Source: Catajapyx aquilonaris (Eukaryota). From it: 64,000 bases of DNA. The DNA lies in assembly GCA_000934665.2 (NCBI GenBank), contig JYFJ02000049.1, forward strand, positions 1-64,000. Reading direction: 5' to 3'. Each line of letters begins with the position of its first letter. Position 1 is the stretch's first letter. A program made the position numbers and the translations under genes. Below the pieces are notes generated by a model. It searched no databases. It was given only the letters and a program-made list of their open reading frames with translations, and was not told where the DNA came from. Shown in pieces: positions 1 through 12,996 of this stretch.

Positions 1-527
1 AATTTAGCAAGATGGGCCTATTCACCAATTATGCGATGCTCTTATGCCTTGCACTAAGGTAAAACAGTGCCACTCACATTTCGGAACATGAAGGATGCTC
101 TTCGGTCAACCTTCATATCCATATCACAAAGACTGAAGTAGTCAACTCCCATGCACACATTTCCATAGCCAACAATCAGGAAGTATGAAGGAGGTGATAA
201 TGGGCAGAGGCCATAAATGCACAAGTCATATGTCATGTTGTGCACTCACACCAGAACTCAATGCATATACTGATTATGCAGTAGAGAAGGGTGAAAAAAT
301 ATTGCAAAATAGTTTTAAAAACAGCACCGCAGAATTTATGGACAGCCCCTTGCAAGTTGGTTTCCAAGTTCACCTCATTGTTTAAAAATCATGATTTCAC
401 TAAACACCTGTCATTTACCCTGAGGAACATTGCAATTAATACCAGAACACCTTCCACTCATCAGTCCTTTTCAAGTTAAGCTCATCGTCACATATGTGCA
501 ACATGGTTGCCACACCAAGATGCAAGA

Positions 528-1983
528 TCACTCTGGATCACGGGTCCCTTCAGACACTTGCGTGCCATTAGACACTTCACACACTTGGGTAGAAGCTTGT
601 GAGTCGCCTGCTGTTGCAATGTTCTCAGTCGATCCATATCGAGGTCTCCTCTGCAACTGTTCTGCACTGCTTCCATATACTACAAGAATGAATTTGTAAA
701 TTACTCACATTATCCACTTAGCATGAAACCTGGATGCAGCATATAACCTTTTTCCTTCAGTCCTTGCCCATAATTTCTGTATACTTTCACCATGATACAT
801 ATCAGCAGGAAATGAATAACCAGGAGGAGGACGCAGGCAGCAATGGTGCAGGAAAATAACAGGGACCTCTTTCGTGGCAGCTGAGCAAAAATAAACAGAC
901 AAAGTAAATAGAGTTGTGGATGACTTTCACAACCAATACAGTTACTCTCACCATTGCAAATTTCCATATTGCATATCCAGGATGGAATGTACACAAAGCC
1001 AGAAATATCCACGTCAGTGTCTTATTCTCCAAACGCACCTGTAACGCAGCGAGTTAAAACCAAAACAAACCAATAACTGACAGTATACTTACAGAGGCAT
1101 ATCCTAAAAGGAGCCAGGTGATGGTGAATAGTGTCCCAACAACTAAAACTACTAATTCCACAGTAGTCAGCGAATCAAATCCACCGTCCTTCACCAGAAC
1201 CAGACTGCTTATCTACAAAACGCAAGAGTCTCCATTACTCCACATGAACCACATAATATGACATCCTGCATACCAGCGCTTGTGAGTCAAACGTCATGAG
1301 CGTGTAGCTAAGAAACAAAGTGCGGCACATGACATTGTACCGAGAGTCTCCACCCACGGTGCGGAAAATCAGGTTGCCCGAGTTGAAGTAATGGACTGCC
1401 AATGGTACCCCGACACAAATGACGATTGGACCAACCACAGACGTAGCAATAAGCCTCGCCTAGGATGAAAAAGAGCGTACACTTATCTGTGTGTAATTAA
1501 CATGCGAGCTGAAACCTTACCAGTTTCAAGTTGTCATTGACGGAGTTGTCAAAGAAGTTGAGGATGACATACACAATGAGTATCCCGATAGTCATCAGAA
1601 GTACGGCTATCTCGTACGGTTGCTCCTGCAGGATCCCATGGATCAGATAGAACATGGAGAAACCCAGGTTAAGTATGACAAGCACGGCCAGAATATTGTC
1701 ATCCTCGCTCTTGGACAAGGTGGCCAGACGGTACACCGCAAACACCATTGTGGCAACGATAGCGAGGGAGGCCAGCGCAATGAAGACCCACTCCAGCGCA
1801 GAGAAGGTCTGTGGCGTACGGATCTGAAGGCAGCAGACATGTCACCTACGTTGCGACCAACACATTGTCTTCACCCTGTACCTTTCCAAAGAATGTCTGA
1901 TGTGTCCTCTGCGGCACGTTGATCCCAAGGTCTGCAAATGTGACTGGTCTCTCCCCACCAGTTGAGCCTCCAAACAGTGCCAT
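528..1983 (-). CDS. Uncharacterised multi-pass membrane protein, about 7 coding exons
   Basis: ATG at 1983 (MALFGGSTGGERPVTFADLGINVPQRTHQTFFGK|IRTPQTFSALEWVF...). Short GT-AG introns join the hydrophobic ORF pieces at 1521-1823, ~1274-1459, ~1093-1212, ~952-1037 and ~748-880 in frame. The last exon (~528-679) reads ...GLKEK|VYGSS...RDPE with TGA at 528-530. Family not recognised. Confidence 0.75.
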
Positions 1984-3301
1984 GTTTAGTTATGTCTCAC
2001 CCGGTCTCAGGTGCGGATGTGTAGTAGTGGGAGGCAACGCCAATTTCCTCCTCCTGTCAGTGCATGGGAATCATGTGACGCCCTCCTCCTCCTGCTGCTC
2101 TTGAAAATACGCAGCATGTCGAGGACTATCGGGAACTTCTCGAGGACGATACCTCTAGACGCCATCTTGCCCCGCGATTTTCGGATTTGGAAGTACAGGG
2201 TGAGTCACAAGGCACAAGAAAAATCTTCCACCTTTTCCAGGTCTTGAATGTTCGTCAATGCTTATGACAATCAGTGATGTCATACATAATAACTTCACAG
2301 CAAAACGGATGGATATACGACCAGGAGGATGACAAAATGGGTTGTGTCCATCGAGCCGATGGTGGTGCTAAATAAGACGACGACTCCCAAAGGAATACTT
2401 TTAATGCCACTAGTCCCACATACATTTGTCACACCAATCCAGATAGATCACACACTTTTTTTTTTCATTAGGACTCTCATATTCTAGCTGAGAACATGGC
2501 AATACTCGGTGGGTTTTCTCAAACGGTTTTGAACAGTGCCTTTGCCACACCTGCATGTCAATCCTGTACCGTTTACATTACAATAAGCCATCCTTGTATG
2601 ACACAATGAGACATGTCAACACAGTTGCTCTGCACTGCATGCTGTGTGGGACAGGTTTTCATGGCTTGTGACAGAAACGCATTTAAATTCCTGGGTTGGA
2701 ACAAACAAGTTGACATGTTTCACAGTATGCTAATTGGACATAGTCACACAATAAAATCACATGAGATTACCACAGATGATGGGCAGTCACTTTGTTAACA
2801 TTGCAGACCACCTCAACTATCCAGGCACCACTTTGGCACCAGGTAGGGAAGCGAATGCAAGTATGTCAGTCATTTTAAAAATCATACGGAGATTTGATAA
2901 GGGCAAGAGTAATTGTCAAAACAGGTGAGTAAATCCCTCAGCAAGAATCACCATGTTCCTCTCTCCCTCTCTGGCTAGGGTATACTAACACACTCTGGAA
3001 AAGAAATGCAGGCTCAATTGGAAATGCATCGATTTGAATGCAGTAAGCACAATTTTCATTGGATTAAATCAATACAGTAAGCTGGCGTTAAATTAAAGTT
3101 CTCCCTACTTAACAACAAAACCCCTCAAAAAAAAGTGCAATACTACAGGTGCTGGATGGGAAAGCAAAAACATGTAAAAACTCAAGTCCATTCTGGTGGA
3201 GAAGAGAAGGAAACCAAGACCTGCAAAGTACAACTGCTAGACAACCACATGATAAGACGACATCACAAAAAATATTAAAGAGAGGTGCGGCCTGTGGACC
3301 T

Positions 3302-6300
3302 TCACAGGGTGTAGTCAATCTCATATCGCACGTATTGATTCTTGGGGTCATTGGCAATGCGAGGGTAGCCTCCAACCAGTGCATCTTGACCTCCTATGTA
3401 CAGCGTGTTGTAGATCTTCCAGTATACATCCCTCACTTTCCGCGCTGGATGGAATAGGCCCTGAAATAAAAGACATGTTCGTATTAAAACACTGTTCATT
3501 CAAGTCCTGATTCATTTCAACTCTGTACTAACATGTTAACCACAAATTTCCGGCTTTCACCAACCCTGAACTACAACTACTGTACTTAACAATTTTCACT
3601 TACTTCCTAGTCCAAAAAGATACACAGAACAAGACTTACCTGGAGGGTGTATTGTAAGATCTTAATAGGACCAAGTGCTACTCTAAGCCCCTCAATGGAA
3701 TCCATGAAGGCTTGGACCAAGTGGGGGCTGGTCTCAAAAATGTTTGGCCAAACATAGTTAAGGAGGTGGACCAGAGCGTCTTCACAGCCAAACCCATACA
3801 CGCCTAAGGCCATGTGCTTGATGGCAGCACAAGCCGTCTGCCGATGCACCAGGTCACGGTCCATCAGGGCATCCTCCAGGAGGGGAGTGACTGCGTAGAT
3901 GTAATCCTTGCCCATTTCCCCAATGTATTCAAACAGGAAAGACAGAGACTTGAGGACCCCATTTTGGACGTTCAACTCAGGGACACGGTACTCATTCATC
4001 AAGGCAGGGAGGACTGTGAACGGTGAGCAGGTCTCTGCCACAATGGCAATGGCAACAGTGGTACACACACGGTTCTGACGCTCCTGCACTTTCAGGTTGT
4101 TCAGTAATGTGGCCAAGACATCATGTGGACTGAAATGAAATTAGAAGGTTGTCAGTATTAATGACATGAACGTTGTATTTTACTAGTTCTTCAGAACCAT
4201 AAATCCTTCTCAAATGTTGCACCCACTTCCAATAAACAAGTTTTTAGACAGAGCTCTAACATCGCACCCTCAGGCATGGCATTGACTAGCAAGAAACTGC
4301 AACTTGTGCTGCAAATATTCACTTTGAGAACACAGAAAATGCAACCAAGGGGCAGTCCACTAAAAGTTTGAAATGCAGTTCGGTCAGATATTTCTGGCTA
4401 CTGCCAATGCATATGTTGTCACCGAGGTAAACAATTAGGGGCGAAGCAAAAGCGAGGTCTGAAAAGAAACACCTCGGTGACTAACATATGCATTGGCAGC
4501 AGCCAGAAATATCTGACTGAACTGCATTTCAAACCCACCGGGGATCCGTATCCAACTTCGCACGGTGGCAGGCAGGGGGATGCCACGCTCGATCAGACGT
4601 CGAATTTTTTCCAACTTTCGTCTCGTCCCCTGTCATTACCATTCGCCTCAGAGATAAACGGATCTCATTCTCAGAATCAGCATTTTTTGCCTGATTTTTA
4701 GAGACCAACTTGTATTTTGATTGGACCGTCCCTTTAAGGCCGGGTTGCACGGGCTCGCGGAAAATTTGTCTGGCCTAAGAAGAGCCAGGATAGATTGTTT
4801 TTCATTGTTGGCAGCATTGTTGACAACAATGAATAACAAACTATCCTGGCTCTTTTCCGACCAGATAAATTCTCCAGGAGCCGGTGCAACCCGGCCTGAG
4901 TGACATCTTAAAAGTTTCAATGCGACCAAGCTCTTCTTAGACTAACGAGGTCTAATCATTTTAAAAGGTAATGCACTCACCCAATGGCCTTTGCGATGTA
5001 CCCGAAGGTATTGACAGTGGCTCTGCGAATGGCCTTCTTGTGTGCCTTCAGCAGCTCCAGAAGCTCAAAGCAGATACGCATCCATTCTCTGGCCGATACA
5101 TACTCAGGCCCTCTGTCAGCTATCCGACCTACAAGGTCAATGCAGTTCTCTTGCACTTTCTCATGCCTATTCTTCAGGATGGGAGTCAGACGAGGAAGAA
5201 GGTCCTTGATTGGAGGTGTCATCTTTGTCATTCCTATCACATTCACGATGGCCTTCAGAGCTCCCAAGATGCTCCCTAGCACCTCAGGGTACTCTTCACC
5301 CAAATACTCATACAAAACCACTCCCAAGTGACCCATCAGTTTCTCCTAAGTGACAAAGAGAAAGGAAACATTTTAGAAACATGAACCGCACAATATGTAT
5401 GATTGCTTACGAGAAGAAAAGTTAGGACACTGACCTCCTGGCATGTCTTCATGACAACAGCAATCCTTGAGATGAGGTCGGCAGCCTGTTGCCTGACTTT
5501 GGCCGATTTGTTATTGAGTCGCCACAAAATAGTACCACAGATCTGGGGCAGATATGGCTTTACTCTCTTTCCCAATTGGTTGACAATAGTGCCAAATCCA
5601 TTGAGCATGACTACATCTTCAGTAGTCTGTTCCTGGAAGGCATACAGGATACCATCAATCAGCTGCTCCTCCAAGCGGGAGTCAATGTCTGCTGCCCCCA
5701 GGCTGGCCATGATCTTCTCAATGGTCTCCATCACCATCTTGCGGTACTGCTCATTCTCATCCTTCAAGTCATCCACAATTCGATTGATGATCTCCGAGGC
5801 CCCCACTTTGTTGGCAATTTCCACTGTTGTGTCCACCAACTGGCGATAGTTGCGGCGATCCAGGGCCATGCGGTGATTCCAGAAATGCTTGAAGAAGTGC
5901 GGGAGGATCTCATCCTTAATGTATTGAGGCTCCACACCATCCGTGGCGCAACACTGCTTCACCACTTTCAGTACAATCTTCTTCATCTCCTCATCGGGCG
6001 ACTGGAACTCACGGATCAAGATCAACATCACCTCACGGGTGTAATAGTTGGCATACTCGGCATCCATCAATGGAATCAGGTAGCCAATGGCCTTCAGGAA
6101 GGCAGCGAGACCCTGTGAAAAACAATTTGCTAGTGAATGGAAATGAAAATTCGCCAATCCTACTGCAAAAAGTTAAAGAGTGTCTCGCTCAGAATCATAA
6201 GAAGAAGTTATTAACTTTGCCTCTAATTAGCATTTGAATGACACACACTATGGGAATCCAAACAAGCATCATTATCAAAAATGTCCACAGTTTAGAAAAT

Positions 6301-9300
6301 AATTTAAGTTATCTTCTAAACTGCTGAAATGATGATTAAACCAAGTCCTACCTTTCCACGATGAGTACGAATACCCTTCCACAGAGGCTTCAGTACAGAA
6401 TCAAAGCTCTCAATGCCGTATGGTGTAGCCGCTTCAGCCAGGGCAGCAATAGCCAAGGCAGTGATAGTGCGAACCTTCTGTTGTTCATCCACCAAACCTG
6501 AAGTAAAATTTTTAAAATTATTAAAACCAGCACTCAAACTACATCTCTCATTTAAGTGATAACAGTTTAACAAAATGATTATGTTTTCAACATATTTAAA
6601 AAATCTTACCATGCTCAATGATCTCAACCAGATTCTTGAGATGTGGTAGAATAGCACACCCCATAAGGATGGCAATCTGCTGCACAATCTTTATGCCTGT
6701 GTGTCTGGCCTGCCACGACTTTTTACTGCGACAAACAGCTTTCAGGAAGGGCAAAAGAGAAGGGATTCCCAGAGCAGAGGCTACCACTGCAAAGGCCCTG
6801 GCTGTCGTGTTCCGTACATATTCATCAATGTTGTCAATGTCAGGGCGCATGGTGGAGATCATAGTGGCCAGGCCTGCCGCCTTAGCCAAGTTGGAAATAA
6901 TCTCACGACCCTCCACACGGGCATAGTAGTCTTCATCAATCAGAAGAGGTTCAATCACCACCAAGATCTAAAAAATAAAGAGGTTTTCATTATTTCATCA
7001 GAAATCACCCTCAAAAATGTTGACGAGACGAAACTGAAGGCTAATCCACAAACCCACTATTATTTGTCGAGACAGCACTAAAGGTTTTTACACAAGCATG
7101 TTGTTAGTCCAAATGACATCAAAACTGGTTTGGAATCACCCTCAAAAATGTTGACGAGACGAAACTGAAGGCTAATCCACAAACCCACTATTATTTGACG
7201 AGACAGCACTAAAGGTTTTTACACAAGCCTGTTGTTAGTCCAAATGACATCAAAACTGGTTTGAAAAACATTAGCCCTAGGTAAATGAAAGAAGAACCAA
7301 CCTTGTGCACATACGGCCGCACCAGGTCATCAAGCTTGTACAGAATTCGGTCAATGACTTTGACCAACAAATGTCTTTCTTGATCCTCAAGTGTGGGAGA
7401 CATGAGAAGAGGCAAGATCTGATTGAAAAGTGGTCCGGCTCCAAATTCTCTGGCTTTGTCAGTGATCTGCCTAAGGGCAGCCTTGCGCATAGGTGGTGTC
7501 CCATTCTTTATCTTCAGCAGGAGCTTCATAATCTTGCGCTCTTTCTGCTCCTCTGGAGATAGAGACTCCTCATCCACATCCACTAAAAGCTTGTCAAAAT
7601 ACTGAGCGTCTTCTGGCTTCAGAAATGGTAGGTTGCCCTTGGGCTGTGCCTCCATATATTTAGACTGTTTATCTTCCTGCTGCATGAAGAAGCCTGTTGG
7701 GGTGCCAGCAATAGGTGTTGGAGTTGCTGTCAGCTTACGGGCTGGAGTTCGGATTGGGATGTAGCCTGAAAAACGATTTTAACAATTAGTCAGTACCAAC
7801 ATTACACATCATTTATGAAACTTGGCTATTTAATATGGGCACTTACCGGCAGGAGGTTGCAATATCTTGTATCCAGGTGGAAACATGGCGTCAAGCTCCT
7901 CATCTGATAATGGTCTGTTGCGTTCATCTATCTCCCTCTCCCATCGGTATGCCTGCAGCTGCTCAGGTGTCATGGTGAGCAAGTGACCTGGAAATCAAGA
8001 ACAAATGAGTTTGTACTTGCCAAATGAATAAAATTCTGCATACAATTTATTTATTTTTTGTTTTTTTGTTGTTGTTTTTTGAAAATTGAGCTGGCATAAA
8101 TTCTCCTTTTTGTATGTTTCCCTAACAAAATTAAGTTGTGAAATTGAATCAGCAATGCTGATTTAAAAATTACACTCACTGCACCTTTGAAAACAATTTG
8201 TTAAAACTCTTTGATTGGAATAGAACGTTGACAAGCAAATGTTACGACCATTTGTAAAATTATATTTTAAAATTTGTACTTCGTGTTCCTTTATTACAAA
8301 AGTCCCATCTTGCAACTCACTTGGTGTTGGTGTGGCCATAGCCATAGCTTTCTGGCCGGTGGGGGTGACACCACTTGGAGTCATCATGCTGGGGGTGTGT
8401 GGTGTCCCAGGGGTTTGCGGGGTCATCCCAGGAGTCATCTGGCTGACTGGGGTCTCATCCCAACGGCTGCGTCTCTTGCTAGCAGATGGAGTTGGAGTTT
8501 CCTGGATCAGGTCACCGCCTCCTCTGTCAGTTCGAGGTGTCTCTGCCCAACCACTGTTGTGGCCAGGGGTCTCTGTAATAGTATCACATTAGACTCTAAC
8601 ACTAATCAAAAATTACGTAGCTAAAATATGCTACATGGTATAGTGCATAATTGAAAGTAAATTCAGAACAAGTGGTTGACACTTGTTATTGGTAACAATG
8701 TTCGATTAATGAACAATTAGGATGAACACCGTGTTTGAGATTTACAAGCAATCACACAACCCAGGCTTAAATACAAAATAATTGTAATCATTGAGGTTTC
8801 CCTTTTCTTAATATTGGACATCCTGCAAGACTCGCTCCCATTCCTGAAGGTCCATTAAAACTTAATTCTCTCCCCCCAATCTAATTGACAGCCATGTCAA
8901 ACTCAATTACATTACTAAGTTGCACCTCGAGTACAAAAACCAAACAATCAAAGGCTTACCTCGTTCAGTCTTTGGTGTCTCGTCCCATCTGTTCCTCCTG
9001 GAAGAAGAGGCTGCTGCCTTGTCATGACCTGGAGTGGCATGACCTGGTGTTGCCTGGCCTGGGGTCAGGTGACCTGGTGTGGGTTCCCACATGCGAGTTG
9101 ACACGCCAGGAGTGGCACCAGGTGTTTCTCCACCCTTCCCGTGACCAGGAGTTTCATCCCATCGTGAATGGGCAGGTGTCTGTAATCAACATAAAAAATC
9201 ATTTCAATATTTTATGAAGCTGCCTCTCACTAAGCACATACAGAATTCACATTCCCTCCATTCACCACACAATATCCACTACATATTGATCTGCATTATT

Positions 9301-12300
9301 ATCTATACACATAACTGTTTCCATTCACACCTTTTTTCAATGAAAGAAAAATGGCTATAGGGAAACTTACATCAGCAGTTTCCCAAGTACTCTTCTTCTT
9401 TGAAGGGGGTACCTCCTCAGCTGTCTGATCCCACCTTCTTCCCCTCTTCGGGGCGGCTTTTGCGACCTCACCGTTGCTCACTGACTTCAAAGTTCCATCC
9501 TTCGCTTTTTCTACTAGCTTTTTGCGCAACTATAAAGAGAAATCATGAATGTTAGATAATGTATAAAATTAAAAACTGCAGATAAGATCAATTTCAAGTA
9601 GGCTTACCTGTGCCGCTTCCTCCTCCAACATTTTCTCTCGCATAATTTCTGGAAAGCTCCTGGAGTGCAAATCTGGGGTCTTCCCACCTGGAATGATAAA
9701 AGGGAGGTCACGCCAAAGCGTGGTGATTAGCATCTGGTCTGACACTGATTCCCTAACTGCCAACAATGGCCACGGGGATATTTCTTTTTTTTTGTTGCTG
9801 CTTCATTTGCATCTACTTGTCACCTTAATGGTGTTCACTTCAAATTATTTTTTTCAGCATTTAGTCAGAGCATGACTAAAAAATTTACATTCAAAAAATT
9901 ATTTCTTTTGGTTTATGAAAATGTTAGCAGCATTCTTGACTTGAGCATGTATACCTACATTGAAACCCAGAGCTATTTAAAAGGCCAGTTTTCTGAAGAA
10001 GGTGCCAATCACGATAATGCATACTCTTTTATGCCAAAATCTTGCCCTGCAAAATTAATGTCTCACTTGGCAAAACAACCCTTTCAAAAAACTGATCTTT
10101 TTTCCTTGATACATACGTGTCTTCATCTTCACCACAGTTCTGCAAGGATTGCACTAAAATCCTCCAGTCATCATCCTATTGGACCTAGAAATAATCTGTC
10201 TGATTAAAAATATGTATGCTGCTCACAATCACACACACACTCACTACCTCTAAACCTTGTCTCTTTTCATGCCTTTTCCGTAGTTCCTTACCAAAAACTG
10301 GCTACGTACGACTTCATGACTTTTCCACTATCTCATAGTCAACAAGCTGAACTTCAGTTACAGCATGAACGATAATATGCCACTTGAGCTTACAAACGTT
10401 TACTTTGCCTCTAATAAACTAGTGGCATATAAATGCAGCTATTTTTTTGTCTTTCAAAATACTCTCATTTATGTTTGTACTTTTTGTGCTGCAATAATCC
10501 ACGATTCCACGTAGAGCCACTTCGCTGTAGGAATTCCTCGAGGGGAGAAAAATTGAAGGGCGATTAGTAAAGGTGATCCAGGTATCCACCCAACCCCATA
10601 TTCAAGAGAGACCCACCCTTGCTACCCTTTCTAGTTTACTGCCTTTTATTTATTAAAGTTAACTGTTCTTTATATCATAGGGTTTTCCTGAAAGGCTTTT
10701 TAAAATCTTTACTGAACTGTGCAATTTAGATTCCTTCGCACTCTCACTATGAACTTGGATGCTTAGGGTTGGGTGATACCGAGCACTTCCAATGTCTGTT
10801 GCTTGAATGGTTGATGATAGCGTGCAAAGAAATTTTTACACGTGCATATCACCCAGCCCTAATTCTAGTTTCAAATTACTCATTCCATTTACTGGTTTAA
10901 ACCTAACCATCCCAATCATTCTCGCCAATCACTCATTCCTTGCATACATAATTCCTGAGCACCAACATATAGGTATGAGATGGGTGGCATTGTACATACA
11001 CTGTACTCCCGATTATCCGGGTGTGGATTATCCATGTTTCAGATTATCCGTGCATGGCTAGAACAAAGAGAAGTCTGCAAAAATGTCAATTCTTCTCCCA
11101 AACTAAGAAATATAAGACTTTTCCAGCCTAAAAATCTATGGAGATTTTTCTAATTTTGAATCGATCTTATTTAAACGAAATACAGTATGTACAGTTATTC
11201 ATTTAAAGCCTGCGAATAGCGCCTTTTACGGCATCTAGGACCATTTTCCGATCATCCGTGTTTTCCAATTAATTATCTGGTGACACCCGTGCAGCCATTA
11301 GCCCAGATAATTGGGAGTAGAGTGTACTGCTTGCAAGGAGGCATAATACAGTATCATTACTCCACAATCACACCTGTGGTAATGCATAGGGCCACCAATC
11401 TCAGTCCACCTAGAGCAGCAAGGCAGCACCAATTTCCCACCTGCTTGCGTGACACACACGTGCCCTGCTGCTCCAATATCAGTCAAACCATCTTATAAAT
11501 AAGTGTGCTAATAATACAGAGAGCAGCGCAAATGAGGGTGATACCCTTGAACTGTACCTTCTGCAAATGGATCAATCCGTTCGGGAGAGATCATCATGTG
11601 GCGCCTGCGGGCTCGGTACTCGTCCTCTCGCTCCGCTATGGTGGGGCGCCTGTGCTCCATGAACGGGTCGTAGTCTTTTTCAGGCTGGTGAAACAAAGTC
11701 AAAATATTATTACCTGCATTAATAACGCTATGCACACTTCACATTTTTGGAATGGGGCTTACCTGTGGGATGTCATTCAGGATGGATGCTGGTGCTGTGT
11801 AGCCAGGTCTTCTTTGTGGACCCAGCAGTGGTGTTTCATCTCCTTCCTGCATAACAAACATACAATGAGCAACTACTAACAACATAATTATTGTTTCATA
11901 GCATGTGTTGAACTAAGAACAGAAATTTCTGACATTACACAATTAACAATGAAATAACATGAGCATCTGAGATCCTGAATATCATCATTTGTTGCACCTG
12001 GTGCTTCCCTGAAGTCTCTTATCAGTCAGTAGGTCGGCTGACATCCTTCCATTGTTGTGTGTACCACAAATAATGCATTGACTATGAACTTCCAACCCAA
12101 AGCTAATAAAGTACCGAATTTTACGCCATATAAGACGCACAGGCATATAAGAAGCACACAAATTTCAGTAGATCATATTCAGGGGAAAAGGTTTTTAGTC
12201 TATTTTTGCATATTTGACGCAGGTCAATTTTTGAGCCATTTTTGGGGGAAAAAGGGCGTCTTATATGCCGTCAAATACAATAATAGCTATAACTGGCAGA

Positions 12301-12996
12301 TATTCAACAAGGCAAGAATAATTTAAAACAAGAGGTCCCCACTTTAAAATTTCCTCTTGTCATTCATCATATTAACAGACAACAGTATACTTTACCTCCA
12401 CATCATCATTGACGGCGATGGACGTGACGTAAACGTCATTTGTGCCACTTCCATAAATATCCTGATCGAAGTATCCCGTCTCTGTGAGGCCCACGCCATC
12501 TTTTCCTGCCTGAGCAGCTTCGAGGTCCTTGCGCCGCTCCTGCACCTCCCTGATGTGTGCATCGATGTCTGCAATGAAAAATCCACATCAATTAATCACT
12601 GTAGCATGGTCACTACACTGTGCACCGGTCACCCTACCATCCTAATGTCCAACAATCACATTTTGCTTGCTACATGAACAATAACAAATGCGGTTATCTT
12701 GTAAACAAACATGTCTTGAGTATTAAAATTACTCAGTTGCGGTAAACCGCTCATTGTCGTTTACTAATTCCATTGCGACCCACAAACCCTGAGACTGCCT
12801 GAGAGGCCCTAAACAGGGTCAGGCTTCCGGCCGGCTGGCAAAACCGGCAGCCTCCTCACAGGGCCGGGACTCACTTTTCCAGGCCCGCTAACCTCCTCCC
12901 TTCCCAATTCCATCGTCCCCTAGCCAATTCCGATCCGATTAAACCCCGATTTATTCCTCCCTTACCTTCATGGGTCTTCGGGGGTGAAGTCGCCAT
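3302..12996 (-). CDS. SF3B1: Splicing factor 3B subunit 1 (SAP155), about 16 coding exons
   Basis: Start [10 protein letters not shown] at 12996. Contains [23 protein letters not shown] repeats and the p14-binding region ([18 protein letters not shown]). HEAT repeats include [29 protein letters not shown] and [25 protein letters not shown]-terminus ...RYEIDYTL with stop at 3302-3304. Confidence 0.99.
4366..4534. repeat. Long inverted repeat (foldback/MITE-like) in an SF3B1 intron
   Basis: Arms 4366-4428 and 4471-4534 are reverse complements with 2 substitutions and 1 indel, separated by a 42-nt spacer. Confidence 0.9.
7003..7263. repeat. Two-copy 131-bp tandem duplication in an SF3B1 intron
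   Basis: Unit aatcaccctcaaaaatgttgacgagacg...caaaactggtttg starts at 7003 and 7134; two substitutions seen between copies. Confidence 0.95.
10764..10861. mobile_element. Short MITE remnant with hAT-like termini
   Basis: Termini tagggttgggtgatac and atatcacccagcccta are near reverse complements; no clear TSD. Confidence 0.5.
10997..11326. mobile_element. Tc1/mariner-pogo (Tigger-like) MITE
   Basis: TA-flanked TIRs tacactgtactcccgattatc and gataattgggagtagagtgta, with internal gattatcc subrepeats. Confidence 0.7.
12112..12279. mobile_element. Tc1/mariner-type MITE
   Basis: Imperfect TIRs taccgaattttacgccatataagacgc and gcgtcttatatgccgtcaaataca. Confidence 0.6.

Noticed and set aside
5403..6118. 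Plus-strand ORFs antisense to SF3B1 exons
   Set aside because: Shadow ORFs of a highly conserved coding exon with no independent gene signals.
5000..6830. SF3B1 cancer-hotspot or drug-resistance substitutions
   Set aside because: The motifs covering human R625, H662, K666, K700 and R1074 read as wild type.
7003..7263. Tandem H/ACA snoRNA pair
   Set aside because: ANANNA and ACA-like words occur, but I could not build two convincing hairpins; a repeat origin is simpler.
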